DNA of 64,000 nucleotides from Hydrolagus colliei (lineage: Eukaryota). The translations under genes were made by a program, and so were the position numbers. The notes beneath the pieces are model-generated. The model was given only the letters and a program-made list of their open reading frames with translations. It was not told the origin of the DNA and did not search any database. The stretch spans positions 3,472,001 through 3,536,000 of the forward strand of contig CM068759.1 in assembly GCA_035084275.1 (NCBI GenBank). Reading direction: 5' to 3'. Below, piece after piece: positions 12,271 to 26,320 of this stretch (within the stretch, counting starts at the first letter, position 1; each line of letters begins with the position of its first letter).

Positions 12271-13560
12271 AGAATCTAAAAACGTGACTGATAATCAAAG
12301 TCAACCAGTTTCACACTTGCAGACAGTTGATAACAGATACAGCAAAATCCAGAATTGAGCTTGTCCCAAGATTTGTTTGGTTCTCCTACAAAGGGTTGAA
12401 GAGAAATAGGCTGTCGGCTTCAAATTTGCAAGCTAACTTTCGGCACCCTCAATTATCATGGGCTTTCACGTACTGCTTCATTGAACAATTTCATTTTCAT
12501 AAAATAAATATGTTCAGGTGTCAGAATTAATGCAAAAAGATCAGTAGAGAAAGACAGAGAAGATGCTGATGACATTTCCATATAGCTACTGGTTCCATCA
12601 TTATGAAGAAAAAGTAGGCAGGTTTATAGGTGAGTGACAAGAATCCCTGTGCTATGTCTCTGAACCAACGTCTGTGAATATGACAATGTGCCACTTAAAT
12701 TCCATTTTGTCACAGTTTTAATCCTTTAAAGCAATTTTTATCCCATAGGCCAATACGGTGACATAAACTTAGACAGGACATTGCTTCAGTTAACCTATGT
12801 GCTCACTTACACATCCTTGTTTCCATGAGCTCACCTACAATACAACCTCCTCTGGCAGACATTCCCCAGGGAATTACTTACTGGAGCTGAACAAAAAGGT
12901 TTGCACGTGACCGGCTTCTTTCAGGGGTATTTACTTGCGGCAATTCTCAATTAAATTACTCTGAAAATAGATTCACAGACTTGTAGTGCGTGCCTTTTTT
13001 TTCCCCATTGTTCGAAATGGGAACAATTTTCCAAATGAAACCAAACCAGTCGTGTGAAATCATACTCTGCCTCAATGCTATCTCTATGTACAATACTTAC
13101 TTCATACTCAGCTTCTCCTTACACAGCGCCCGCTTTAGACCTTTGTGTAGTATTTATCATTTGCTTGGGAGAGAGTCAAAAATCATTGGAATGTAACAGA
13201 AGGTACACATAACTTGATTCCTGATCAATATCCTTCACAAAATTAGTGTAAGTCGGGAACGTTTAGTGTTTCTTTGCTTTTTCTTATTCCAATGGAATGT
13301 TTCATTACTTACTGATAGCAATTAGACAATTACTGCAATGAAATCACCCAAGTGGAAGCCTCTGGATCCCTATCTTTTTGGAATTACTATTGCATGAGAA
13401 TGTCAATGGTTCTCACTCAAAGAGTAATTTATCTTTTCACTACATCTCCCTTCTCTACCAGCAAATACAACGACCATCAACTAATATGCAAGGCTCAGGT
13501 AATTTACTTGTGATTTGTAATTGTAAGACCCTTGGGCAATTTCTGAAAGATGACATTTTA

Positions 13561-13605
13561 ACAACAACAAAATTACATTTATAGAGCGCCTTTCACGTCG
13601 GGAAA
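13561..13605 (-). mobile_element. L2 3' tail fragment (subfamily b)
   Basis: acaacaacaaaattacatttatagagcgcctttcacgtcggga. Confidence 0.7.
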
Positions 13606-14609
13606 GTGACTGGGTGGGCAAGAAATGAATAAAAGAAAAAGAATAGTGAAGGTAAACCGAAGAAATACATAATGCGGAAGCTTTTTGCTGCCAGCCCCTT
13701 CATTACATCCGTTGACCTTTTAAATAAAGCATTTATATTCCTTTACTCAAGTTGGATTTATCAAGAGATAGCTACAGACAGTTCCCTCTGGGATAATATA
13801 TTTGCCAAGACTGAAGAACAATCTGGAATCTCTAAGGTCACTAATAAATTGGGAAATAGGTGAGCCAACCAAGAAATCAACTTCCAATTTTGAAATTAAG
13901 TACTGAGGGTGAACAATGTGAGGTTTCACAGCAGGCTCATTACGATCAGCAGACAAAATACCACATATTTCAGCCCAACGTTTTGGGTTCAGGAAAGATT
14001 TCTCTGGATTATGCAGCATTTTTTGCAATGTTCTGCTCCACATTCCTTCGCAGGCAACTAATTGATACACAAGAGTTTTATTTTCAAAATGGAATTGAAT
14101 TAGGTTAATTACGATTTGGGCTTAACATAGCAATAAGAACATCATTTATTTCTTCCTTGAGAATCTTGGGCTGCAAAATTAAAATATTTTTTTCTGATAA
14201 ACCTCTTTATGCATTTTATAATGAATCATTCCCGCAAAGCATTAGAATGGTGGTCACTTCCACTCATGAAAGAGGCAGTGGCAGTGATTTATGAGCCTAA
14301 AAATGCAGGTGACAATTGCTATATTTCCATAAGGATTTAGATATGTTTAAATGCAGGATTATGCTTGTGCTGCAATAACTGACTAGTTTTAATGAGTGGA
14401 ACTGAGTGCCTCCTCGTTGCCGTAAATTGAAACAGACCAAAATTCTCAGCACAGTGTCAATGTAATGTTTGATCCTTTCCAGTTACCTGAATGGTTGACT
14501 GAATCACTGTTAAGATGTGAGATGGCCTCAGACATATTGGAGTCCGCTCACCTTGAACTGTGCAGGATAAGCCACTTTTTAAAACAAAACTGCAAGTTTC
14601 AGAAACCTG

Positions 14610-14718
14610 ATAATAATAATAGTCCTTGCATTTGATATAGCGCCTTATCACATCTTCGAGACATCTCAAAGCACTTGGCATGATATACAGTAAAGAGTAG
14701 TGGACTGTATATTTTGTG
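14610..14718 (-). mobile_element. tRNA/Deu SINE 3' tail fragment
   Basis: (TAA)n tccttgcatttgatatagcgccttatcacatcttcgagacatctcaaagc...gactgtatattttgtg. Confidence 0.9.
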
Positions 14719-15675
14719 ATTGAAACCTTGCAGACTTAATTCCCATTCACACACTCCAACCTCTGAAAAGGAAAGAGCTATTTTTAAAAAAAATCTGTGC
14801 TTTAAAAGGTATTTCATTTTGAACTTGCATAGTTGGAAATTAAAACACAAACACCTGGTGAAGTGAATGGCCATCAACCTTGAAGAATAGTAGACCTGCA
14901 TTCGGTTTAGCAGGTCACTAAATCGGTGACCTGCATTCCAGTAATCACTTCCATTTTTAACAATTCTTCTCCCCTGAACTGTTCAAACAAAAATCTCTAA
15001 GGCTTGTCTCCTATTGTTTGAGGGCCTATTCTTCCGAAGATTCTTTCACCAAATAATGCTTAAATATCTGCCTTACAAGCCGGGCCTTGTGGAAAGGTGG
15101 TTATTAAAACTAGACAAATAATCAATTTCATAAAATATAGCATCCTTTGGTAAAAGTTGTTTCCCTAGTGGAGAGTGGTTCTATTATATACCACAAGTTT
15201 CTCCAAATAACATTTTTCATTCTTTTGCTTTTCTCTCTTTGTGGAAACTTGTTTGCTATTAGAACCTTTGTATGATGATGAATGATGCCAAGTTTGTCCT
15301 TCGAGTATGTTTTTCTCTTTCCCCAACATCCACAAAGACTTTAATGAAAGAAAAGTGACAAAAAACATAATCATGTGGACTTTCATGGAGATTCTATCTC
15401 TCCATATATTTTTGAAGTAAAATCAATCGACTTCGCAGTGGGTTCGAAGGTTCAATCCTTCAACAACTATGGCAGCATCCCCAGAAATGTTTTAAAAATA
15501 TATTAATAATAAATACCCACATTTCAGATAACACCTTATAAATTGCTTCACACGATGATTTACTTTGAAGTGTCGTGCCTGTTATACAGTGTATTAGCAA
15601 CATCCCACAAATAGGAATGGGATGATTTGTTTCATATATTGTAATAAATTAATTCAATATACAGTACTGTCTATC

Positions 15676-15892
15676 CGGCAGTCCCTTCGCTTCACTTCCT
15701 CCCTTGCCTCTTTCGATGTCGGTCTCAAGATCCTCCTCTTCGATCGTGCCTTCCCAACTCTCCCTCCCCTACTAACTCTCTCCCGCCCCTCTCCCCTACC
15801 CTGTCCTCTCCTTTACTTGGATCCCGACCTGACCATAAGATGTCCTCCCGACCTGAAAGGCGTTCTAGAAGTGTAATATTGTTGTTGTTGTT
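15676..15892 (+). mobile_element. L2 LINE 3' end (subfamily b)
   Basis: Translates SLRFTSSLASFDVGLKILLFDRAF (L2 C-terminus), then a C-rich segment and tail gatgtcctcccgacctgaaaggcgttctagaagtgtaata(TTG)n. Confidence 0.85.
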
Positions 15893-16079
15893 GGCCGAAA
15901 GCTACTGGTTGCAGTATTCCATGGCCTGGATACAATAGACAAAATAAAAAAATTATGAACAATCTACATGTACACATTTTGATGTACATTTAGTGAATGG
16001 GTGCCCTGCTTATTTTGTCTGCGTAATGATCCTGTACATTGGGAAGCTCAATCCCAATCGTTCCCATCAAGCAGAAAAC

Positions 16080-16215
16080 AAAAGGTATGGAACATTTGAG
16101 TTGACTTACCATTTCTGTTTCTCGGCTGTATTTTGTATTCCTGTATCCTGCTGAGTGTCCTCAGCGATTTCTATCTGTTTCAGCATCTGCAGCACCTTGT
16201 GTTTTTGTATTTTTG
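16080..16215 (+). mobile_element. Penelope-like terminal-repeat relic
   Basis: ttctgtttctc...cctgctgagtgtcctcagcgatttct...ttcagcatctgcagcaccttgtgttttt; shares cctgctgagt..cc.cagc with 6350-6370. Confidence 0.55.
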
Positions 16216-16250
16216 TAGACTGCACTGTACTAACAACAGCATTCTCAATC

Positions 16251-16600
16251 ATAATAACACTAATCCTTGCATTTGATACAGCACTTTATCGTGTTGTTAA
16301 GACATCTCAAAGCGCTTCACAGAATATACCACAGTGCGGATTGACCATGCATTTTATGAGCGAAATGCGGTAGTTGGGTTGCACACGGAAATGTCCCACA
16401 AACAGCTATGGAGTTTCTTCTGACCAAGAATCCCCCAAATAAAATTTGCTCAATTGTTAATGGAGAAACAATACTGCCGTTGTTAGTACCTTCTCTTTTC
16501 GAATAGTGCCATGGGATCTTTAACATCTATCTGAACAGACAGAGAGGACTTTGGTTTAACATCTCACCTGACAATTGCAACACACCCCAGTCCTGCATTG
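16251..16600 (-). mobile_element. Long-form Deu SINE (core plus tail)
   Basis: Tail atccttgcatttgatac...tctcaaagcgcttcacagaatata and Deu core ttcgaatagtgccatgggatctttaacatctatctgaacagacaga...tggtttaacatctca. Confidence 0.88.
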
Positions 16601-17759
16601 GTTGACAGTGAATGTGATTATTATGTAATATCGTTGCAATTTGATACAAACAGAACCCCCACCGCCCCACCCACCCCCACCCCACTGATATAACAAGGTT
16701 AAATTTGTGGCATTTCATAATGTTAATCATCAGAAGAAATAAGATTACGATACGTTTCTTGTGATAACCATCACAAGCAATTCATTGAAGCATTGCAATA
16801 TTTCTTTCCATTTAAACCAACCTTGCTGCTAAATATTCTGTGTTTCAACATTCTGTCCAGTTGCAACTTGGTTTTTTATTAAGTGTTGCATTAAAAATTT
16901 ACATAACATTAACTCGGGAGGAAATCAACCGTGCGTTTCGGAAGCTCCAAAGTTATCGAGTCTGCAGTTAGAAAAAAAAAGTGTAGCTGAAAAAGCTATT
17001 ATCTTTTGAATTTAAACTTCTGGTTAGGTGCTAAATTGTAGAGGCAGAGGAGAAAAGGGACTTGCCGACAGAACAAATGTTTTCAGCACTGCCAAAGGAA
17101 ACTTCTTCAGCAGCGAGTTCACAAAAAAGTTAATTGCTCCATTGCTATTGAAGGCACACTACATATGCCCACCTAACAACCTCATGATGCAGTTATCTTG
17201 CGCCAACTGGTTTTACACAAGTAACACTTTGAGAAGTAGCAACACAACGTTTCTTTTTTTGCACAGCTCAAATCCGGGGAAGAATATTCCCGATCTATGT
17301 GCAGAACACTGCTCGCCACAGCTTGGATAGCGGGTACGACATCTATAACGCAAATGCAAACCCCACCCTTCTCCTGGTTAATCTGGCTCCAGTAGAAACC
17401 AGGAAAGGCAATCAAGCAGACCGCACGTTTTTAATGTTTAATAAATGGCTTTTCTACCAGTTGGTACAGTGATATAGTGCGACTGCAACATGGAAGTTTG
17501 CCTCCTGGGTATCAGATGCCTGAGTTTTACTGAAATTGTCTCATTGGTATCCTAAACAATACAAAGTTACAGAAACTTTCCTGGTAGCGTTTGGAAAACG
17601 AATGATCCCAAATACGAAGTAGAATCCATTTGGCATCCATGTATGTGTCAAGCCTCTGTCGAAATACAACTTCCAATGATATTTCTTTCAGTGTGCATAA
17701 CACCTGACCATATCATAACATGTAAAAAGGAACTGGATTCATATGGATTCATATGTCAC

Positions 17760-17880
17760 AGGATATGGGTACGAGCAAGAGAATGGGATGAGTGTAGATG
17801 ATTCCAAAAGGGTGGCTAGCAGTGCCACAAATAACATAGGCTGGAAAGCATCTTTCTGCGCTATAAACTTTCAATCATTC
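17760..17880 (+). mobile_element. Degraded CR1 3' UTR
   Basis: ggatatggg...gagaatgggatgag...aggctggaaagcatctttctgcgctataaac; similar to 58540-58645. Confidence 0.5.
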
Positions 17881-19429
17881 TCCAATATAGGGAATTTGCT
17901 ACATGACCTTATTGCTTTGGTAGCTTTAACACGGACAGCAAATACTAGTCAGGTGTCCAAAATTATCTAACTTGGTTCCTAAATGTAATTACGTATTGAT
18001 CAGCTTGGTCTCTGCCTCGTGCAAAACATCCTCGCTGTGCTTAATTCTGAACCTGAATTGCACATTTGGCAGAGAGAATCACTGTGATTTTGACAGCAAT
18101 TTGCAGCCATATGTGCAGTGTAAATCAGGGCTGAGTAGAGGCAGAGTGTGAATGTGCTGGAGTGGCTCACAGCACAGCCTGGAGTCGGGTGGTTTTCAGA
18201 AGCAGTTTCATCTACAACTGTTGCTGCTGCTGCTGTAGTATAAATTCAGTAGCTTTGAATCATACTGGACTTGTCCTCCCATGGACTGTCGGCAACTCTC
18301 GGATGATCCATTGTGCGACCAATGGGCCAAATTGTAATGTTATTGAAAAACTGATCATGCAATAAACTCTTTCATAACATTAAAGATAGAACACCAAGTT
18401 TTGTGTTCTACACTCGAGCCTCCAGTTAAGATTTCTTCAAGTTATTAATCAAAACTGAAAAGGCCTGTGGGCAGTGGGATGGTACGTACTGAATAGAGCA
18501 GCTGGACAGTATTTCACACTTCCAATGGTGAGTTCCTGATCTTAACACAGGGACAATCCCCATCACATTACTGCCGACACCAACCGTTCTTTGCATACTC
18601 ATGAAGCATTATTACACCGTTGCACTATCCATCACATCCATGTCCTTGTCATAGATGGATCCAGTATGACCAACACGTAACAGGCATCAAAACGCAAATA
18701 GCCCAAATGGATTCATCTTCGGGTGAAGTCACAGGAGCATAGAGTATCAACCAAATCTATACAACTTTGCCGTATTCAGCGTTTCAGCTAAGATTCATTT
18801 GATTCTTCCAAGGACAGTATTTTGGCTAATTTTGCTACGAATCTCATACATTTAATATTTAAGAGCTGGAAGTGTAGTGCAAAGCCACTTTAGTTCTCAT
18901 TTCTTTCAACACTATTTCTTATAACTTCTCCTTTACTTTTCATTCAGATGCATAATAAATAATTATCCTACTAACAGATTTCTGCATTCCCACTGGACCA
19001 TATTAATCAGGAACAAAGCTCAACCCTTCATTTCATTCATTGTGAATATAGCGATCCTCAATCTTTTAATAAGAATGCACCTTGTGATATTTCCTTTACG
19101 TATTTGTTTTTTGGGCACATTTCTGTTTAGATAATTTAAGAAATGAGTGTGTGATAACATAAATGGGGCTTCATAACTGAATTATGCATCGTCCTTAACT
19201 TCAAGCAATATTCTAATTATGATCAAATATTCTTGATTCAAGTGTATATTCTTCATTCCCTGAATAGTGTAGGCTCCAGGCAAAGAGGCTGACCTTCTTT
19301 CCTATTATTTAAGGCTGAGCATATGGTGAAGGTGAAGCAGACCTGAAAGATATTCCATTTGCACGTTTTCTAACAAATCGATTAATTGCCGAGTCCAAAA
19401 CAAACGAACGTTAATATAAGACAGCTAGC

Positions 19430-19645
19430 TGAGGATCTAATAGAAAGTTTAGGAAGAACTTCTTCACACAGAGGGTGACAAGAAGGTGGAACTCACTGCT
19501 AGATGGAATACCATGAATGCCTTCAAATGAAAACATTCTGTTTAGTATGCTGAGTACGTGTATATAGGTGAGGAGGGGAATAGGAGGGCTGGGGAATGTA
19601 AACACCAGCACAGAATACAGTATGCCGCTTCACTCTATATTATGT
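19430..19645 (+). mobile_element. CR1 LINE 3' fragment
   Basis: aggaagaacttcttcacacagagggtgacaagaaggtggaactcactg translates RKNFFTQRVTRRWNSL; followed by ggaatgtaaacaccagcacag. Confidence 0.8.
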
Positions 19646-19897
19646 GAACCTGATGCTGCTTGAATGACTACTAGGACTAAAAAAAATTCCTTGCAGTTGC
19701 TCATACAACTACTTGAAAAGCAACTTATTTCTGAACAAAATTTTGCCGAAGTAACACCAAGAATTCCCTGCTGTTTGTCCTGTCGCCAGTGTAAACTAAA
19801 ATAAGACGTGTTCTCTCTGGTCTCTGCATGCCAACGCAAACAAAGTGGATAACCAACAGGCACACGTAACATTTTACCCCAGTCCAGCAGATATGTT

Positions 19898-20220
19898 GAG
19901 TCCCGTAGCTCAGTGATTAGAACACTTGCCTTACAAGTGTGAGACCTGTGTTCGAATCCAGGCAGGTCAGGGCAAAACCTTGGGCGAGTTTCCTTATTCC
20001 ACACGCCTAATAATAATCCCTCCAAAAAAAAACACAACAATGAAATTGGTCATTTCAATCCACGACTGTTTGTGAGATGCTGCTGTGCGCAATTGGCTGC
20101 CGCGTTTCGCCCACAAATATACAGTCACTTCACTTTACAGTGTATTCTGCGAAGAGCTTTGAGACGTCTAGAAGACGTGAAAAGCGCTACATCAAATGCA
20201 AAGATTATTATTATTATTAT
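19898..20220 (+). mobile_element. Full-length young tRNA-derived SINE (SINE2-1_CM-like)
   Basis: A-box tagctcagtgattag, B-box gttcgaatcc, residual Deu motif gctgtgcgcaattggctgccgcgtttc, 3' stem-loop and (TTA)n tail; about 320 bp. Confidence 0.95.
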
Positions 20221-21604
20221 AACGCATTTGTAAGCGAAGAACAACATTTCCTGGCACAACATTATAATTTGGCTCAGCTGAAGAGCAACAAGAGATAGAC
20301 GGACAACATCTGTGCAGTTAACAATTGACTTGATGGCCTCAGGTGTGTTCTTGAGGCTAATGGTTCCACAGCAAGGATTCAGGTCATGGCATGGCTGCTT
20401 CTGCCTGAATGATCATCAGGCAGTCTGTGCTGAGGAAGGTTTTGTGGCAGGCTCCAACAAAATCTGACTGAACAGTGCCATGATTTGTTATTGATTTCCC
20501 AGAGGTTATATTTTGGATTGCAATCCCCCACCCCACCCCCAACCGCCTTTAGGTTGGAATTTCACAACCCATCGCTTCAAATATAAACCTGGGCCCCGAT
20601 GTCAGTCTCTGACTGCAGGTCCGCTCTGTGCCAATGACACGCAGAGCTTGTGTTTTCCAAGTGAATGAAACGTATCAAAGTGCTTTCAACATTTCAGCTA
20701 TGTAGTCTCGTTTTTTTTTAAAAAAAGCACGCACAGTAGAATAACAGCCTTCTATTTCCTTAGCTGTTTTTGGCGGGGGCGTCAATTGTTTTTGAATAAT
20801 CAATGCTCTCACATTTGCAAGTCAGGGAATTAATTTATGCACATGGATTATAGGCTATCTGTAATCATTTCTTGGCTGCTACAAAGGGTGTCCACACATC
20901 TGACTGACACCTAAATGAATTAGCCTGCATGTTTGGAGTCTTCCGTGTGGTAGATTTACCTATTAAGATCTGCTCAATCAGGTGCTCAGAAGTTGTGAGA
21001 TAATAAGATTTTTTTCTCTCTCTATATGTTCATGGGAAGTTGTGCTGTGATGCCATAAGTCTGTTTCGTATGAAAAAAAAATCAATTTTGCAAAGCACTC
21101 TCTCTACTGAAACGCATTTCTGTCAACTGAGATACCATCGGTTCATAAACTTAATTAAATATTAAAAAGCTACCATGCAAGTCATTTATGGAGGTGAAAA
21201 AAAGAAATAAGTCTGTGCATTAAAATGCGAAAATTGCACAAGTCTTCAGCAAAGCAGTGGGCGAATATGAACACAGTATTGACAAGAGTGGAGAAATATT
21301 ACTGGAGGCTGCGTGCTTGGGTGAACACGAGATCAACTGATCTTAGAAACGGACGTGCTGAACTGATACCGAGTGACACATTCTGTAATATGCGGTTTCA
21401 GCATTACAAATGTCCAATGTTTTGTAAATTAAATGTTTTGTTTGATTTATTTTGATACAACCTCTCAAGGCTGGCTCTAGGCTACTACTGTATTCTTTTT
21501 TCCAAAAGGCATTTATTCTTATTTTCAATTCCACTTTAAGTTTATTCTCTTTTTCTCGTATGAAATAGAAAAACACCCCTCCAAATAATAATAATAATAA
21601 TGCA

Positions 21605-21750
21605 TTGGGGGAATTGGATAAAAATGTGAAAAAGGCCTTGAAAGGATAAAACAAAAATGGGGATGGAATTGGGACGACAGCTATGAGGGCCTTTGGATAA
21701 ACTAACACCAGTTAGAGGCCAAATTATCTCCTTGGCTTGTATTATCTTAC
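21605..21750 (+). mobile_element. Degraded CR1 3' end
   Basis: ggggaattggataaa...ttgaaaggata...ggataaactaacaccagttagaggccaaatt, a CR1-like C-terminus and UTR. Confidence 0.45.
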
Positions 21751-22049
21751 AAATCTATACATTTGCCTATTGTTTTCTGGAGAGTAAATAGTAATATTAA
21801 CTTTTTGCTCCTTGGTTTGCTGTATTTTCCTTGGGCTACAATGAATGAAAGATTGTAAATGGATTGAATGCTGCATTTATCAGATAAATCTAACATTTGG
21901 GGCCCTGGGAGATTATGAAACCACTCAGTTTGTGCTGAAGGTCCATTTCACATGCTGGCAATTAGGGAAAAATAGCCACATCCACTCTGTCTACTCTCAC
22001 CTTCCTATCGATTACTGACCCCTTGAGGCATCATTGGGTTTGTTTATAG

Positions 22050-22103
22050 GAGATGTCTTGATGATGTGATTAGACACTATATCAAACGCCAGGCATTATT
22101 ATT
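22050..22103 (+). mobile_element. SINE tail remnant
   Basis: gagatgtcttgatgatgtgattagacactatatcaaacgccaggcattattatt. Confidence 0.7.
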
Positions 22104-22558
22104 AAGTTGTTCCTTTTAAGATGCTCACAACTCATCTTTTTTGAGATTCATATTTTATTTATTGATGTTAGTAACTGCGTACTTTGTAAGGTGAGCAGCT
22201 CAACTCAGGGTTTAAGTTTCCGATAGAGAGTTCACAAAACACACTCGGGCTCCTCCAATTTTATGTTGAAATCAGGCAACCTTTTGGTAAACAAAACACA
22301 GTCGATAAAAGCAAGCCAGGATTACCCATCCTTTACTACTGCACATATCAATAAATGGGCCAAGATGTCAGTTGGTGTTTGGATCAAAGCTTGAAAATCA
22401 TAGGAGTGTGAAATGAATAGCTCAGCGATTACATCTCTTTTACGCAAACATGTGATCTGTCCCATGTCTTCTCGAACATTTCCTTTGATTACGCAGCTGA
22501 ATTCACATTTGCTACATAAGGTCTTAAACTAGTACTGATGTTAAACACCCCGATGGAG

Positions 22559-22790
22559 ATAATAATAATCGTTGCATTTGATACAGAGCCTTATCACGTT
22601 TCGAGACGTCTCAAAGTGCTTCACAGAATATACTTTTGTGGGCGAAACGTGGCTGCCAACTGCCCACAGACAGTGGTGGATGGAGTGACCAATTTTTTTT
22701 TGAAGGGATGATTACTCCTGGAAACGCAATCTGCCAATCGACAAACAACCGGGTTCCTACTTACTGCTCTTAACCACTTGACTACAGGAC
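22559..22790 (-). mobile_element. tRNA/Deu SINE with internal deletions (variant subfamily)
   Basis: Tail, then gtgggcgaaacgtggctgcc, then the variant segment tgccaatcgacaaacaaccgggttcctact (also near 33055), then the head remnant taaccacttgactacaggac. Confidence 0.85.
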
Positions 22791-23765
22791 CCTAGATAGG
22801 GTAGCCATGACCCAGATTCCAAACCACGTCTTGCTTTCTGGATCTAACGTGAAGTGATGCCGATGCAGTAACCTAATGTGGAGTAGCTTTGTGCCTATTC
22901 TGCTGGAGCAAGATCCATCTTTCATTCAGTTTGAAAAAAATCTCAGTGAGAAAAGAATTTTGCCATTTTTGAATCTGAAATAATTTAATGCAGATTTGTA
23001 AAGACAGACCTGCGTAGGATTGTATTAACTCAACTACAAGTGCCCAGATGATGCTTTGTTATTTATACAATGTGCAGAGTCCACAATATTCCAGGATATT
23101 GAAAATCGTGAAGAAGGGAGCAGGTAATAAAAAGCTAAGAGAATCAATTGTTTTCTTTATATATAAAAAAACAAAGATTATATCTCTCCTGGTTGAGACA
23201 GGAAAATGATTCACAAGTCAATCCCAAATGACACTGTCTCGATATTTTTGTCCACATTTTGAGTGAAATAATTTGAGAATTATAGCACTGGAAAATGGAT
23301 CACCTTATCTTTGATACTGTAAGTTTGAAGTTAGATAAGTGATGAAGTAAGTCGATGTCCTCCTCACATCCATAAACATCAATTTAATTCTAGGTAGAAT
23401 TAAACCCAAGCATTCAGAATTTAATAACAGGGAACCATTTAATGCTGTGATCCATTCCTCTTATTAGATCCAAGTATAAGCATGCCCCTTAAATTTTCAA
23501 GATTCCATTTGAAATGGCAAATTAGTTTTTCAATGCAGATTAATTTAAATTTGCGCCTTACATGCATGGGGAGGACATGAACAGAAATATGCAATCAGAT
23601 TTGTTTCAGGGCAAGGAAAAAGTTGCAATCGCGTTATATTTCCGAACTGAACACACAGTCAGTGGAGTCATACCAAAACACTCCTTTGATCCAGATGTAT
23701 ACAATAAATATACTTTCTTGGTATTACAACACATTATTCAAATGTTAACTTCGGAGATGAAGATT

Positions 23766-23902
23766 GACCTTTCTCTTAGACCGTGTCTTTGGTCACCTTT
23801 CTACCCCTGCCCCTGGCTCGGTCCCAGGATCCGTTATTGTGAAACGCTCTGAGACACCGCCCGGCGTGGAGGGCGCTACATAAATCGAGGTTGTTGTTGT
23901 TG
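23766..23902 (+). mobile_element. L2 LINE 3' end (subfamily a)
   Basis: Closely similar to 8995-9124; ends gggcgctacataaatcgagg(TTG)n. Confidence 0.92.
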
Positions 23903-26054
23903 AGATGTATTATTCCTCTGCCTGAGTTCTCGTGCCTGGATTATTCACTTATGTGTAATGTAGAGGCACTGTGTCCAGCTTTCTCAAGCTCAATTTATGT
24001 ATGATCCCATACTCCTGTCAAGTAAAAATCATTTGGCTGCTGTCCATGGATCTATTCCAAGGACAAGCTGAAACATTGAGTTAAGTTGTCTGTTTCGAGT
24101 GCCGTCTTTTGTTGACCAGGATCTCCCTGGTCTGAGAATTCTTTGTTCAGTATTGATGAACTCATTTTCAACCTTGACCTCCAGGGTAATATTATTGTTG
24201 TTTCAACCTGGAATTTTTTTTTCTCTGAAAGTCAATGAAATCAGAGGATATCGCTCTAGTGTATTTCAAGGCCGAGTATTTGTCTCATGCTTCACAGGTA
24301 TTTTGCCAGCAGTAAAGTGCTTTTATTTATTTTTTAAAAACTTAAAATGTACAATAAATTACACCAAGTAGAAGATTTTCTCTTTTCAAATTTAAAAACT
24401 GCATAATTCTGATAAAGTGAAATAATAAGACAAAGTGAACATATTTTTAGTTGAGCTTCCGTTCTCCAGTCACTGTGAATTTGTTACGTTAAATTCATAG
24501 CTGTCCCAGGGTTCAATCAGCAAATCTAGTTGTGATCCTTCAGTAGACTAATGCATAGTTTCATTATTAGCTTTTCATGCTAATATTGATCACAATTTTA
24601 TTGAGTACAAGAACGTTCTATTTTTGAACCTCTATTGAGTAAACTTCTGCCTATCCAGGAGAGTTAATTTGTGGTAGAATGCTTTTGTTGATGATTAATG
24701 AAATATTTCCTTATGGGAATGTACAAGCGGGGGAAATACATCACAAATGTCAATATGCATATGCAAATCATTCTCAAACACAGTAAAATTAATCAGCCTA
24801 AGATTGATAGAGGACAGGGGAGTTAGAGACATAAAGGGGAAATCGAACCGAGTCAAATAGCATCAGAAATTGATGATTTTTGCAGACATATTTGTCTTTT
24901 CAGTATAAAACATATTGCTTCAAAGGGAATTCTTGTACTCTGTAATGAAATATGCCCAGCTATGAATGTACCCATTCTTTCTGGTGCCTTAAATGTTCAA
25001 CATCACTTGAATAAGAGAGTCAGAATAATTAACTCACAAGCCCCTGATGGCTTCCAGGAAATACAGTGGATTTTAGGGTTAGTTACCTGTAGCAAAGAAA
25101 TAATAACCTTCAATGCAAATTAAAAATGTCACCAATTCAAAACCTGAACTGTGCTCTTTTTCCATGAACAGTGTGGCACCAAACCTTTTGTTCATTTTCT
25201 TTGCACTTGATAGAAAGAGATGATCATTTTTATCTACAGTCCTCGTGGAATATGTGGGAGTTCTGAAAGATGAACAAGTGTTGCTCACAGGCAATTAATG
25301 TTCTTACATGTATGTACACTTGTGTAAATTGCCATAGGCAACTGCCATAGCTCATCACATCCTCAGGCAATAAATTTAGTTAATAATTATTTTGCCGATG
25401 GAAAAGATAAGTCAGATAGACGTCTCATTGAAAAATAGCTTGATTTAAAATGGACGATTCTCTTGCACTCAAAACCAATGTATCATTGTTTTGGTATTCT
25501 TTGCACAAACACAAAGTGTAATGTGTCAGCCTTTTATTTGGTCATGTCTTTTGTCTTTAATAAATTACCAATATAAGGTGAGAACTGTGGTCTATTCGGT
25601 TTGAAGTCTCACGAAAATAATTTGAAAGTAAGACATGAAGTCTATTTCAGCAACAAGTGAACAGTGCCAGCTGCATGTACAGAATTACAACTAAATACAC
25701 AATGCAGAACCACTTGTTCTCTATTCTCAATGTGAAGAGTATGTATGTATAATATGGTAGAATAATACTGTGTTATTGTGTTAAGGGCATTAACAATTAT
25801 TGGCGCTTCATTGTCGTATCGTCATTAAAGCTAACTGGCGTAGATGTATCAGGAAGTTCCTCATTGAAAAGCAAACCTTTTCTAACTAAAGAAACAAAGA
25901 TCTTGGCTGTCTGAAGTTATATAAGCTGAACATGTGTGTGCATGTGCAATTTATTATTCCAGATTTTAATCTATTGTATTGTATTGTATTAAACTGTCTA
26001 CAGTTCATGTGAGCTTCCTCCCAAAACCCAACAGAGTCTTCTCCCTTATGTTCA

Positions 26055-26320
26055 CACCAAATTTTCCCTTAAATACGTAGATGATTTCTGTTTCAACCAT
26101 AGCTTTCAGCAGCGAGTTCCACATTTTCACCACCCTGTGTCTAAAAAGGTTCCTTCCCAACGACCAAAGCATTACTACCCTCTGCTTTATATTTATGCCT
26201 TCTTGCTTGGGACTTACAAAACAAGGGTCAACTGACGATCAGGTTACCCCTGAACAAATCCATTCATAATTTCAAACACTTCCATCGGGTCTCCTCTCAA
26301 TTCTCTCCTTTCCAGATCAA
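26055..26320 (-). mobile_element. CR1 LINE ORF2 C-terminal fragment
   Basis: cagcgagttccacattttcaccaccctgtgt translates on the minus strand as HRVVKMWNSL; cataatttcaaacacttccatcgggtctcctctcaa gives LRGDPMEVFEIM. Confidence 0.8.

Noticed and set aside
16104-16145. Minus-strand exon ending ATG|gtaagt
   Set aside because: It falls inside a Penelope-like repeat relic and the acceptor lacks a pyrimidine tract.
19898-19970. tRNA gene
   Set aside because: A and B boxes are present, but they continue into a SINE body repeated many times in the window.
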